Both the position numbers and the translations under genes were made by a program. Of a stretch of DNA of 64,000 nucleotides, positions 49,664-59,406 are shown piece by piece. The DNA is from an uncultured delta proteobacterium (GTDB lineage Bacteria; Desulfobacterota; Syntrophia; Syntrophales; UBA2185). Position 1 is the first letter of the stretch. Every line of letters starts with the position of its first letter. The stretch spans positions 448,001 to 512,000 of the forward strand of contig CAVSPA010000005.1 of the NCBI GenBank assembly GCA_963729715.1, written 5' to 3'. The notes under the pieces are model-generated. The model ran no database searches. It had not been told where the DNA came from and saw only the letters and a list, made by a program, of their open reading frames with translations.

Positions 49664-50041
49664 CTAACTTCGTGTGACATCGCCTTTTTGATCGACGGTA
49701 TAGGTCGAACTGCCGCCGCTGTGGATTGCCTGCAATGTGAAGTCAACTATCGTGCCTGAGCCGCCTAATATCAATATTATGCTTACATTAGCATTATATC
49801 CATAGCTCGAGAGAAGATTCACCGAAACCGTTCCCCCCGGTGAAACGCTGAAGAATGCCTGTGAAGCCGTGTATGCGCTTTTCACGGCCATGTTCGCTGA
49901 TGCGTTGTAGGCCCTTGTTCTGTATGCCACGAACTGCGGTATGGCAATGGCTGCTAGGAGGCTGAGAATAAGAACAACAAATAACAACTCGATGGTAGTG
50001 AAGCCTCTCTGGCTTCTCTTCTTGTAATATTCCCGGATCAT
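49664..50041 (-). CDS. pilA: Type IV pilin
   Basis: Prepilin cleavage G|FTTIE, hydrophobic helix, AIAIPQF..YR.RAYN. Confidence 0.88.
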   Translation of the reverse strand: MIREYYKKRSQRGFTTIELLFVVLILSLLAAIAIPQFVAYRTRAYNASANMAVKSAYTASQAFFSVSPGGTVSVNLLSSYGYNANVSIILILGGSGTIVDFTLQAIHSGGSSTYTVDQKGDVTRS

Positions 50042-50778
50042 TCTATTTCATCCTTTAATTTCCGTTTCGGATACATAAAGGATTTTCCTTCGTCATGGGC
50101 GTTCACCATGAGGCTCTTTGAATATTTAGTTCAGACAAGATCATTGAGTCTATCGTAAGATTCATTATTTCAGAAGTTAATGCCCGTGCAGATAAATTCC
50201 TATTTCATCTGAAAATGAAGGAATCATCTTTGAGCCATGAGTTATCAAGCAAATATCGTACAAAATGATTCATCGCTTGTTATTTTGGAAAAAGCTGGAT
50301 TTAATTACTTATAATTACGCGACATTTAAAGAAAGTCTCTATGATAAGCATCTTCTTAGTTATTGTGATGAAATCGGTTATTTTCACCGATGACCCGTAT
50401 TTTTGAGATTATTTTGTGATTTTTTAACATTAGGACTTTTTGATAATAGGTATGGTTTTCTCCATTGACTAAGAGAAATCTTCCCTTAGCGAATGGTATG
50501 TCTTCCTTCTGCATTTGTCATTGATGAGTGTAATATATAGAAGGAAAAATTGGAGGAACTGACCCGGCAGAAATTTTCTAAATTCGAATCCGGCAAAGAA
50601 TGAAACCTCTTCCTCTTGCTTCGAGCCTGCCCCTCAATAAACAAATCCAAGAGACAATGGAAAGCAATATTGAGGAGCCTGGATAGATGGCCTACCTTAG
50701 GGTTTAAGGCTTGGGGAATTAATGAAGTTCATATGCAAACGCGACGCTGCCGCTAAATATGAATGGCCAAATTACTTG

Positions 50779-51993
50779 CTACATAAATTCCTTTTCACTC
50801 ATATTTACAGCCCGCTCAATTTCTGCCTTCAATTGCGCTGGCAGCCCCGGGATGTCAACGCTGAGAAATCCGCGGACTATCGTAGATGTGACCTCATCTT
50901 CCCCGAGTCCGCGCGACATAAGATATTGGATTTCTTCCTGGGCAATCTTACCAACGGCCGCCTCGTGTGACATTTCCACGCCATCTACCTTTCCCCGAAG
51001 CTCTGGAATCGCATGAATGAGACCGCCTTTCAAGAGCAGACCCCGGCACTCAAGATGGGCCTTCACGCCGGTAACTTCGCCTATCAGATCACCACGGGAG
51101 ATAATCCGGCCACCGTTGCTGATGGCACGGGCGATTATCTCAGCCCGCGTATCTTCCGCTTTCAGGTCAATGCGGCCGCCCACATCGAGCTCCGATCCGG
51201 GACTTCCCAACAGCAGACTGTAAAAGCGTGAGACCGCCCCCTTACCCACGAGGTGAGTCGTCGGATACATCTGCAGAGATTTCACCGGCCGCATACAGAT
51301 GTAGTTGTTGAGGAAAAGGCCCCCCTCTTCAACTATGCCCACTGACCGCGGACGTACCATCATCTCCTCCGCCCAGTGATGTATCATGGTGAAGCTCAAT
51401 TTGGCATTCTTCTTGACGAAAAACTCTGAAATGCCCACGTGCAGCCCGCGTTTCAAATGGGACGCTGCTGCACATCCGGTAATAACGTGGAGATCTGCTC
51501 CTTCTTCGACGATGATTAAGTTGTGCACATACTGGCTCAGGTTTTCCTTGTCAATATAAAGACACGCCTTAACGGGATAGATGACCTTGCTTCCCGGTAA
51601 CGCTCGGATGACATAGCCGTCATGCAGATTGAGCTGCGCCTGCGCGGTGTATTTATCCGCGTCAACGGAGACGAGTTTCCAGTAATAATCCTTGATCTAG
51701 TCGCATTCCTTGCGGGCCCGCTTGATGGGGAGTACCTCCAGACCATCCTGCATGGAATGTGCGTGCACGACAGATGTATCCTTCTGAACATACGTCCCTG
51801 AACGTCCTGTTTCTGTGGCATCCACTCCTGCCTGAATTATTCTCTGCTGATCTATTGCAGGCAACTTAGCAAGGTCATTCAGGTAGGCATGTTCTATAGG
51901 GTCGGCCGTAAAGGACGATAGATCGATGTCAGGCCCGATGGCCGCCTTCTTATCTTTGGCTTGAGCAGCCTTTTCATCATTTACGCCGTGCAT
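50779..51993 (-). pseudogene. sufB: SufB/SufD-family Fe-S scaffold (minimal SufCB/SmsB type) with internal in-frame TAG at 51697-51699
   Basis: Track ORFs 51697-52029 and 50779-51528 are in the same frame, joined by ECD*IKDYYWKLV..DKYT; later HLECRGL, AIPEL, MSHEAAVGKI, YLMSRGL. Confidence 0.8.
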
Positions 51994-52736
51994 CGCAAAC
52001 ACTCCTGATATCCCGCCTCCTTGATGCATCTGAAAATTTCCAACGGATTGCTCTTGCAGCTCAAGTATCCATCATACAGCATCTGTCCTCTGTCCGCAGT
52101 GACATAGTCCAAAATGAAACCCGTGTGGGTTATGATGAGTCCCATCTTTGACCGCTCCGCTCGCTGTTCCTTGTGAGACTTTCCGGCGTTCTCCTTGAAA
52201 TCTCTCTGCAAGAGTGTGCTGATGGAATTTCCGATGAGGGAAATATTCTCCAGGTCTACGCCTGATTCCGGCTCATCGAATAGAAGCAGGTCCGGGTCCT
52301 GTGCCATTAACTGCAGGAGCTCGGACCGTTTTATTTCCTCTCCAGAGAAACCCGCATTGATATCGCTGTCCAGAAAGTCCGTAAAATTGACGCCTGCGGC
52401 CAGTGTTTCCGTATCAGCCTTTCCTCTTCCACATATGTCGACCATCTGTCTTGTCTTGAGTCCGTGAATCGTTGGCGGACGCTGGTAGGACATGCCAATA
52501 CCGAGTTTTGCCCTGTCATTGATGGGCATGTGTGTAATATCTTTGCCCTTGAAAAAAATCTTCCCTGCCGTAACCGTATACTGAGGATAGCCCATGATCG
52601 TCATGAGGAGCGTCGTCTTGCCTGAACCGTTCGGACCGAAAAGAATGTGCGTTTCCCCTGTTTTGATTTCCAGATCGATGTGCCTGAGAACCTCCCGGTC
52701 GCCGATCTTTACCTGTAAGTCTTCTATTATCAGCAT
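51981..52736 (-). CDS. sufC: SufC-like ABC ATPase (SmsC type)
   Basis: GPNGSGKT, GFSGEEIKRSE, DEPESGVD, ITHTG, C-terminal C..C. Confidence 0.85.
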   Translation of the reverse strand: MLIIEDLQVKIGDREVLRHIDLEIKTGETHILFGPNGSGKTTLLMTIMGYPQYTVTAGKIFFKGKDITHMPINDRAKLGIGMSYQRPPTIHGLKTRQMVDICGRGKADTETLAAGVNFTDFLDSDINAGFSGEEIKRSELLQLMAQDPDLLLFDEPESGVDLENISLIGNSISTLLQRDFKENAGKSHKEQRAERSKMGLIITHTGFILDYVTADRGQMLYDGYLSCKSNPLEIFRCIKEAGYQECLRCTA

Positions 52737-52936
52737 GTTAAAACCTCCTCCTATGTTTGGAGACGGATTCTATTGTCTAATCTTCGTTATTCTCTGCCGT
52801 TTGTTGAGTGACTTGCCTTTTAATTATTATAATGTTTTAGCCTGATTTTCTCCCGTTTCCTATGCTTTTCTCTCGGGCTGTTTTCCTGTGCAAAAGTTGC
52901 AGGTCTCAGACTATATGTCCCTTGCAAGGTTAAGCA

Positions 52937-54334
52937 TTAACGGATCCTGCCTCTGGCAAGCGAAGCAAAGATGCCGCCGAAACAGAGCAGACTCAATATG
53001 ATCATGGAGCTGTGCATACTCCCCATGAACGATGGATACTCTGCCGGCGTGATGGAAACATCTCCCATGTGAAGAGCGAAAATCAGCATCACGATCCCCA
53101 TGCTCAACATTTGTCCAGTAATGCGCATCGTGGCCAGAGTTCCGGATGCAATACCATAAACCTGCTGTTCTACAGAGCTCATTATGGCATTGGTGTTCGG
53201 CGAGGAGAAAAGAGCGAAGCCTAATCCCAGCGTAAAAAGGACGCCCACAATAAATAAAATGTGTGTCTGGTTGTTAAGGAGGATCAAAAGCCCCAGACCA
53301 AAGGCCGTGATGCTCATCCCAATGGAAGCAACAATCCGCGGCTCGATCCTGTCGGAAAGTCTCCCGGCAAAGGGTGAAAAAATAGCCTGTACGACCGGCT
53401 GGGCAACAAGGATCACGCCCGCATGAAGTGGGCTGAAACCCTTGATGTATTGAAGGTAGAGACTAAGAAGGAAGGAGACGGCGAAAGTGGCGCTATAATT
53501 GATCAATGCCGCCAGATTCGAGACGAGGAAGACTGCGTTATGACGAAATAATGTGATATCGAGAAGAGGATTCTTTACCTTTCTTTCCCGGAAGGTGAAG
53601 ATAATAATCAAGATTAGGCCAATGACAACAAGACAGGTCCCGAGAGTTTGTGTCAACGAAGAAAACCCGTACATCAAAGCTGAAAGTGCAGCCATATAGA
53701 GGAATGCGCCCTTAAAGTCGAAACCTTCGTCTCTTGCTTCGGCCCATTCCGTCTTCATCTTCCAGAGCGTAAGGATTAAGATTGTTACACCGAGGGGGAC
53801 ATTGATCAGGAATATGCTGCGCCAGCCGAAATGCTCCGTAAGAAAGCCGCCAAAAAAAGGTCCGGCAGAAAGCCCTATGTAGACGGAAGCGACATTGATT
53901 CCCAGGGCGCTGCCTCTCTCACTCGCAGGAAAGACAGAGGTGAGAATGGCAATTGACGGCCCGAAAATCATGGCTCCGCCAATGCCTTGGAGGAGTCTGA
54001 AAGAGATGAGATAGTAGGATGACGCTGCAACAGCACACAAAAAGGAAGACAGTGTGTAGACGACCAATCCGATAGAAAAGACCCGCTTCCTTCCCCATAT
54101 GTCGGCAATCTTCCCGACGGGAACGAGGACTGCGGCGGCAGCGAGCAGAAAAGAATAGGCGACCCAGCCCATAAGGATGGCGCTCATGGCGAATTCTCGG
54201 CCAATTGATGGGAGGGCTATATTGATGGAAGATCCCATGAAGGGCGTAAGAAAAGACGCTGCCGTCGTAACAAGCAGGGTGACCTTCTTGTTCACATCAA
54301 GAGCCTTTCCCATGACACGCTCCTGAGTCACCAA
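52937..54334 (-). CDS. DHA2/EmrB-QacA-type MFS efflux transporter
   Basis: About 14 TM; NIALPSI, G..AD..GRKR, R.LQG.G.A, WRSIF.INVP.G, FSSPNTNA. Confidence 0.9.
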   Translation of the reverse strand: MVTQERVMGKALDVNKKVTLLVTTAASFLTPFMGSSINIALPSIGREFAMSAILMGWVAYSFLLAAAAVLVPVGKIADIWGRKRVFSIGLVVYTLSSFLCAVAASSYYLISFRLLQGIGGAMIFGPSIAILTSVFPASERGSALGINVASVYIGLSAGPFFGGFLTEHFGWRSIFLINVPLGVTILILTLWKMKTEWAEARDEGFDFKGAFLYMAALSALMYGFSSLTQTLGTCLVVIGLILIIIFTFRERKVKNPLLDITLFRHNAVFLVSNLAALINYSATFAVSFLLSLYLQYIKGFSPLHAGVILVAQPVVQAIFSPFAGRLSDRIEPRIVASIGMSITAFGLGLLILLNNQTHILFIVGVLFTLGLGFALFSSPNTNAIMSSVEQQVYGIASGTLATMRITGQMLSMGIVMLIFALHMGDVSITPAEYPSFMGSMHSSMIILSLLCFGGIFASLARGRIR

Positions 54335-54443
54335 TCATGCCCTCCATAAAATTTGACATTTCCCCTTTCACCTTCGCCAATCTCTTGGCAATGCAATTGG
54401 GGCATCTCGCCATGCTCCGTGTTTCGGTCCGAGCCGGAAATTA

Positions 54444-54479
54444 TGAATGACAAATAATCATTCACAGAAGATTTGTCAA
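54444..54479 (-). promoter_or_regulatory. Palindromic operator and -35 box upstream of the efflux MFS
   Basis: TGAATGA-7 bp-TCATTCA (54444-54464) downstream of minus-strand TTGACA (54479-54474). Confidence 0.45.
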
Positions 54480-54574
54480 TTCCCAGTTGAGATATGGGAT
54501 TGATGATGTACGAATCTGATTAACGGAATTACTGAGGCAAACGAACATTTCGATGATCAATTCCTTAGATTCAA

Positions 54575-54625
54575 TTGAAGCTCTCCGCAGCAGGCTGCAG
54601 GGAATGCGCTCGCTGCCGGATTCAA
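54575..54625 (+). repeat. Palindromic element, 51-bp single-hairpin copy
   Basis: TTGAAGCTCTCCGCAGCAGGCTGCAGGGAATGCGCTCGCTGCCGGATTCAA. Confidence 0.75.
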
Positions 54626-54765
54626 GAATTCTCTCAGTCGCTGCAAATAGACTGCAGATTATGTCCAACAAGTTCACAAGTTCTATGAACGGAAGAGAAA
54701 ATAATCGCGTGTGGAAGACTGAACGGGAATTTTATAACTAAGAACGGATAGAGACGGGAAAAAAT

Positions 54766-55008
54766 TCAAATCCATGTATCTATGATTTGCCCTTTGTTTT
54801 TGTTCGGAGGACTATCAGAAGATCTGTAAGTAACAATCTGCCTTTTTGCCGGCAAAGTCTTGCCTGACTTCAGTTCGACACAATCGACAATATCATCAAG
54901 AGAAACGGGAGCAGAAGGATGGGCGACATGCTGCAGCAAGAGGATGGCTCGCTGATAGTGCGCAGAAATAGTAATGGCTATTTCATTGTTCGGTGATTTA
55001 ACATCCAT
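54766..55008 (-). CDS. Small hypothetical protein (80 aa)
   Basis: AAGGTG RBS before ATG; sole plausible ORF in the gap; ends KGQIIDTWI. Confidence 0.45.
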   Translation of the reverse strand: MDVKSPNNEIAITISAHYQRAILLLQHVAHPSAPVSLDDIVDCVELKSGKTLPAKRQIVTYRSSDSPPNKNKGQIIDTWI

Positions 55009-55311
55009 GTTTCACCTTGCAGTATAAGCAAATTAATATGACGTCATTGCGAGGTTGAGGAAATAGTCCATGTCAAATCAATGTGACCAGCTCACATTTC
55101 CATATAGATTATAGGAAAATGAAGATTGTTCGTCAAGAACAATGATAACAGGCGTATATATGCGAAGAGGTCTTTTCGGCTCTTAAACGACGGCAATGAT
55201 ACATACGGTTGATATTACTCTTATTGTTGGCAATTTTAATTACCGAAGATAAGTGCGGCCCATCAAGATTTACAATCTTTGAGAAAAGATTTATCTGCGT
55301 TTCAGCTAAGA

Positions 55312-55662
55312 TCACTCGTATTCCTTCGGCACTGCACAGATCATAACCATGGAATTCTGTTTTGACCTGTTCTTATATTGATGTTTTTCACCGGGCAGTA
55401 CGAGGGCAAAATCCCCTTTCTTCATCGGACGTTCTTCGCCGCTTTCTGTAACAAGAGCGCCTTCACCCTCTATGATATAATTTATATGCTCAAAAGGGTG
55501 GGTATGATAAGGGCTGTTACCACCTGGCATGATCGTGAATACCCTAAAAGAAAGAAGAGGTGTACCATCTGCTTTCGATATGGGCACCTGCTTCAGGATG
55601 TCCTTGGCTCCTTCCATTGCCATCTTCGTCTTCTCTACGTGATCGAGACTTGTAATTTTCAT
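55312..55662 (-). CDS. Cupin domain protein
   Basis: PGG.SPYHTHPFEH.NYIIEG.G, GD..LV.PGEKHQY.N; start MKITS after GGAGG. Confidence 0.88.
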   Translation of the reverse strand: MKITSLDHVEKTKMAMEGAKDILKQVPISKADGTPLLSFRVFTIMPGGNSPYHTHPFEHINYIIEGEGALVTESGEERPMKKGDFALVLPGEKHQYKNRSKQNSMVMICAVPKEYE

Positions 55663-55760
55663 TAAACACCTCCGTGATAGAACCATAAACATTGGGTCAA
55701 AGTTGCGGCTACTATTTCATAAAGACTGTGCTGCGGTCAAGTAATTATAATCCTGGAAGG

Positions 55761-56774
55761 TCACAGTTCGCCCGCAAATCTGAAGGCCCGCTCAGTAAGT
55801 TCTTTCGGCATGAGTTCTGTTTTCATCTGTCTAGTAAGTTCCGGCACCCCCAACCATTGCCCTGATGCTTCAATTACAGTTTCAAAAATACCATCCTTAT
55901 TGACAACAGCTGCTCCACCGGAAGCCCAGAACAACAGCCTAGAACGGGCATTCCCTTTCACCCTATCGCCGTGCCCGAAGGCAACAACACTCTCCCCTAC
56001 GCGGATATCTCGATTAAGGGTGTAGAAGATGCGAACAGTTACGGCCCCGCTTGCAGATGCCATGAAGCCTGCCCATCCCAACGTTTCATCTATGAGAGCC
56101 ATCGATGCTATAGGATGGATGATGTTGTTTCTTTGAAAGAGACAAAAGGCTTCGCTATCTTGTGCGTCCATGCCGGCTGTGGAAACGACTATTTTTCTTG
56201 ATGGGTCATTGCTATCCAAGAGATAGAAGCGCCTCTTGAGCCCGGGGTGGCTGCGCCCTGCGCCACAGACGAAACAATTCTTGTAATGTGGGAGCAGCAT
56301 CAGTTTATTCTCTATATCTGAGATACTACTTGGCATGTATGACGCAAGAATATCTCTCTTGTAAGAGACGGCGTCTCTGTATCTGATCGAGGCCGAAACA
56401 TATGGAGGGGAATCCGGAGTGGCGGATATTATACCCACGGCTCCTCCTTCTTCCTCTGAAACCTCAACGTTCGGCCTATCCCCGATCTTCACACTTGCTC
56501 CGCCCATGCGAAAATCTACCGACAATGGATAAAGAGCTTCTGCATTTTGCGGATAGTTGCCAAGCATCGTGGCAAGCTCCATGATCGCCCCCATGCCAAT
56601 TCCCCCATGAGGTATCCCGACCCATCCTTCTGTACGCAAGTCCATGAGAAGTTCGGCACGCACGCGTTTGCCGTCTTCATGAACATCAGAACCTCCGAAG
56701 AGGAATTTCCTGACAAAATTTTGTGAATCCCCGTCATGCGGGGAACAGGAAACTTCAGGTGAATGTTGCGACAT
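55761..56774 (-). CDS. Hotdog-fold (thioesterase-like) protein, probably tandem domains
   Basis: GWVGIPHGGI.MG.I.E (first domain); CFVCG....GL and HP....A.IDE..GW (second). Start moved to MSQHS. Confidence 0.65.
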   Translation of the reverse strand: MSQHSPEVSCSPHDGDSQNFVRKFLFGGSDVHEDGKRVRAELLMDLRTEGWVGIPHGGIGMGAIMELATMLGNYPQNAEALYPLSVDFRMGGASVKIGDRPNVEVSEEEGGAVGIISATPDSPPYVSASIRYRDAVSYKRDILASYMPSSISDIENKLMLLPHYKNCFVCGAGRSHPGLKRRFYLLDSNDPSRKIVVSTAGMDAQDSEAFCLFQRNNIIHPIASMALIDETLGWAGFMASASGAVTVRIFYTLNRDIRVGESVVAFGHGDRVKGNARSRLLFWASGGAAVVNKDGIFETVIEASGQWLGVPELTRQMKTELMPKELTERAFRFAGEL

Positions 56775-56847
56775 GATACTTCTAATAACCTCTACATCTC
56801 TTTTGGCAAAGGTATGTACATCATATCCATTGGGACTGCACGAATTG

Positions 56848-57330
56848 CTACTTGACGAATTCAATAGGTTGCGGACAGGCGGGTCCTCACGCATTGTAGT
56901 CGTAAACCATCCGTGCCCCGTAGTCGGCGCCGACAGACATGACCCCTGGGAGCGCAAATAACAAGAGCATGAATAATGCCCGACCCTTTCTCGGAAATGG
57001 TCTCGCGATGATTGCCCAGATAGTAAGGACAGCACTCACACACAAGGTCATTATCATGAAATCTTCATGTTTTTCAAGCAGGTGTCCCCGCACGGACGGG
57101 GCGAGTATTACACTCGGCTCAGCATATATACCGGTGCCGACTGCGGCGGCGGCCCCCAGTGTGCCTACGATGAGGAGGGAGAATGCGGTGGTTGCGATGA
57201 TCTCCCTTGAGCTCAGTAGCGCCAGCACATAAAAGAGTGCAGCTCCGAAGAGAAAAGCCATCGGAAAATGGATCACCAGTGGATGTATGTTTTGCAGATG
57301 CTGGATTCCCGGTAAAAGGTTTTGTATCAT
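56848..57330 (-). CDS. DUF2231-like membrane protein; TGA at 56887 followed by 12 more in-frame codons
   Basis: IHPLVIHFP.A, TG..A, H, GA.MVY; after TGA reads GPACPQPIEFVK*. The product may end at 56887. Confidence 0.7.
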
Positions 57331-57439
57331 AGCGCTAACCTCATAGTTCCAACTGTTAAGAACTGGCTTCCTGCAATGTTCTTCACATAGTCTCTTTTAT
57401 CACGCGTGCCGTCTTTCTGAGTCAGGGCGCTGCTCCCTC

Positions 57440-59152
57440 TCACGGCGAACTGGAATATTCTCCCCTGGATTCACCCAAATAAAGTTTCACTTTCTCCCTG
57501 ATCACGTCAGGCAGTTTGACGCCCAGGTCCGCCAGACGCGCCTCGTATTTCATGAACGATTTGATGTGCCTGGACGTTGCCGCAAATATCCGGAAATATA
57601 TTTGGAGGCTTCCTTCGATCTCCTTGCGGAATATCATGTCTTTGTTGAGCATATCTTCTAATGGGGCGATTACCCGATAGTTTATGGGGCGGCATATTGA
57701 TCTGTAGAACACAAAACGCTGAAGTGTTCCACATTCATAATTCTTTTCCCGGATGCTTTCTTCAACAAGGTTTAGATCGACAGTATCTATAATCTGGTAG
57801 TCATATTTGTCCTTGAGTATTTCCGCAACCGTCTCCTCAGCACCTTTGAGGAAGCTGCACACCTTGCTGCCGCCGTGGCATTTGCCGTCGCATTCCCGGT
57901 AATCGCCGTCACACCGCAGATAAAGAACGAAGTCTAAATCCGAATCTGAACGCGATATGCCGAAATTGACGGAGCCCAAGACATCCATGGCAATATTGGC
58001 ATGCAGTTTATCCTCGATGAGGGAAGTGGCCTCCTCCAGGACGTCGATTCTTTCCTCCGCTTCCTGGGTCTGAAATTTTCTGTAAAACTTCTTTATCTCG
58101 TTATACAACGTTATCTCAGGGATGTGAGAATCCTTAATCTCTTTTTCATCATAATTCTTCCCGAGCTTCAGGGCGTCGTATCTCTCCCGGTCTACGATTA
58201 CTTCTCTTAATTTGCCGTCCTCCATATAATAGTCGGCTACATCATAAATCCTTCCGTTCCCGAATTTCCTGAAGATGATACTCGTAACCCGCTCATGTTC
58301 CACTTTGATAGAATAGTAAAATCCTCCTTCCGCGACATTTCCTGATGTCATGGTCACTTCTCCAAAATTGGAGGGATTAAGGTAAAGGGTATTCTCCACA
58401 AGATCGACCCCCCATCTCTGATGGATGTGACCAGTCAGGCACATCATTACCCGATTGGCCTCACAGTAGCTGCGAAGCGCCAGAGAGCCGATGGGTCCAT
58501 CTGAAGTTACCTGATCGTGGATTCCGTATGCGGGCTGATGGGTCACGATGATGTCCGGCTTTACGGCACTGAAAAACAGGTACATCTCACTGTACTTGTC
58601 ATGATACTTTACATTTCTCTGGTAATGAATCACATATCTCTCAGGGATACCGGGTGTCCAGACGGCTGCCCCGCCGTAACCGCAGATATTGAGATCACTC
58701 AGTTCATACCAGTGGAGGTGCAGGTCATGCTCACTCAAAGCCGTAAACCTGAGGTCCATGTCATAATTCCCGGGAAGGAAGAAAACCCTTGACCTCTTTT
58801 TTATGGACGCGATGCTCGCCAATACCTTATACTTTTGCTGCATAACTCTGCGGGCCCTTACCGTGTACTCCTGGTATTCGGTCCCGAGATCCTGTACGTA
58901 GTCCGAAACATCGGGCTTTTCCAGGAGCTCATCCACAAAATCCTCGATGAACATATCTTCCTTGGACATCTGCCTTCTCAAGCCGTGAAAATGTGATTGC
59001 AGTTCATGGTAGCGTATCGACGCATCCATGCTGTAGAAGGGAATGTCTATCAGGTCACCGGAGATAATATAGACGTCTGCAACCGTCTCGTTGAGGAGAT
59101 CATTCAGCCTGTCAAAGCCTCCGTGAATATCAGCTAGGTAAATAATTCTCAT
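57440..59152 (-). CDS. Calcineurin-like metallophosphoesterase fused to a C-terminal nucleotidyltransferase-like domain
   Basis: DIH, GDLID, GNYD, THQP, GHIH; then LGSVNFG.SRSDSDLDFV and a later IID. Confidence 0.8.
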   Translation of the reverse strand: MRIIYLADIHGGFDRLNDLLNETVADVYIISGDLIDIPFYSMDASIRYHELQSHFHGLRRQMSKEDMFIEDFVDELLEKPDVSDYVQDLGTEYQEYTVRARRVMQQKYKVLASIASIKKRSRVFFLPGNYDMDLRFTALSEHDLHLHWYELSDLNICGYGGAAVWTPGIPERYVIHYQRNVKYHDKYSEMYLFFSAVKPDIIVTHQPAYGIHDQVTSDGPIGSLALRSYCEANRVMMCLTGHIHQRWGVDLVENTLYLNPSNFGEVTMTSGNVAEGGFYYSIKVEHERVTSIIFRKFGNGRIYDVADYYMEDGKLREVIVDRERYDALKLGKNYDEKEIKDSHIPEITLYNEIKKFYRKFQTQEAEERIDVLEEATSLIEDKLHANIAMDVLGSVNFGISRSDSDLDFVLYLRCDGDYRECDGKCHGGSKVCSFLKGAEETVAEILKDKYDYQIIDTVDLNLVEESIREKNYECGTLQRFVFYRSICRPINYRVIAPLEDMLNKDMIFRKEIEGSLQIYFRIFAATSRHIKSFMKYEARLADLGVKLPDVIREKVKLYLGESRGEYSSSP

Positions 59153-59190
59153 AGATCAATTTTCTTCGTCCATTTTTCGCAAGGGTAATA

Positions 59191-59406
59191 CTATTGCTGC
59201 GGCTTTTTTTCACGCGCCCTTCTTATTGTTACGGTTTCGCCGCCGATGCCCCAGTTATCCGTCTCCACTTCCTCGATTACGACAACTGTAGTTTGAGGAT
59301 TCTTGCCCAGAATATCCCTGAGCAGATTAGTCACACCGCGAATGATTTCTTCTTTCTGCGCCTTTGTGACTCCGTCTTTGGTTACTTTAACATTTACATA
59401 AGGCAT
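59191..59406 (-). CDS. 4-oxalocrotonate tautomerase family protein
   Basis: Catalytic N-terminal Pro (MPYVNV), QK..I, V.IEE...NWG.GG. Confidence 0.92.
   Translation of the reverse strand: MPYVNVKVTKDGVTKAQKEEIIRGVTNLLRDILGKNPQTTVVVIEEVETDNWGIGGETVTIRRAREKKPQQ

Noticed and set aside
50248..50263. Sigma54 promoter for pilA (minus strand TTGTACGATATTTGCT)
   Set aside because: The -12 TTGC and spacing fit, but the essential -24 GG reads TG; at best degenerate.
56775..57035. N-terminal 87 aa of the 424-aa ORF
   Set aside because: Overlaps the DUF2231-like gene in another frame; the likely start is 56774.
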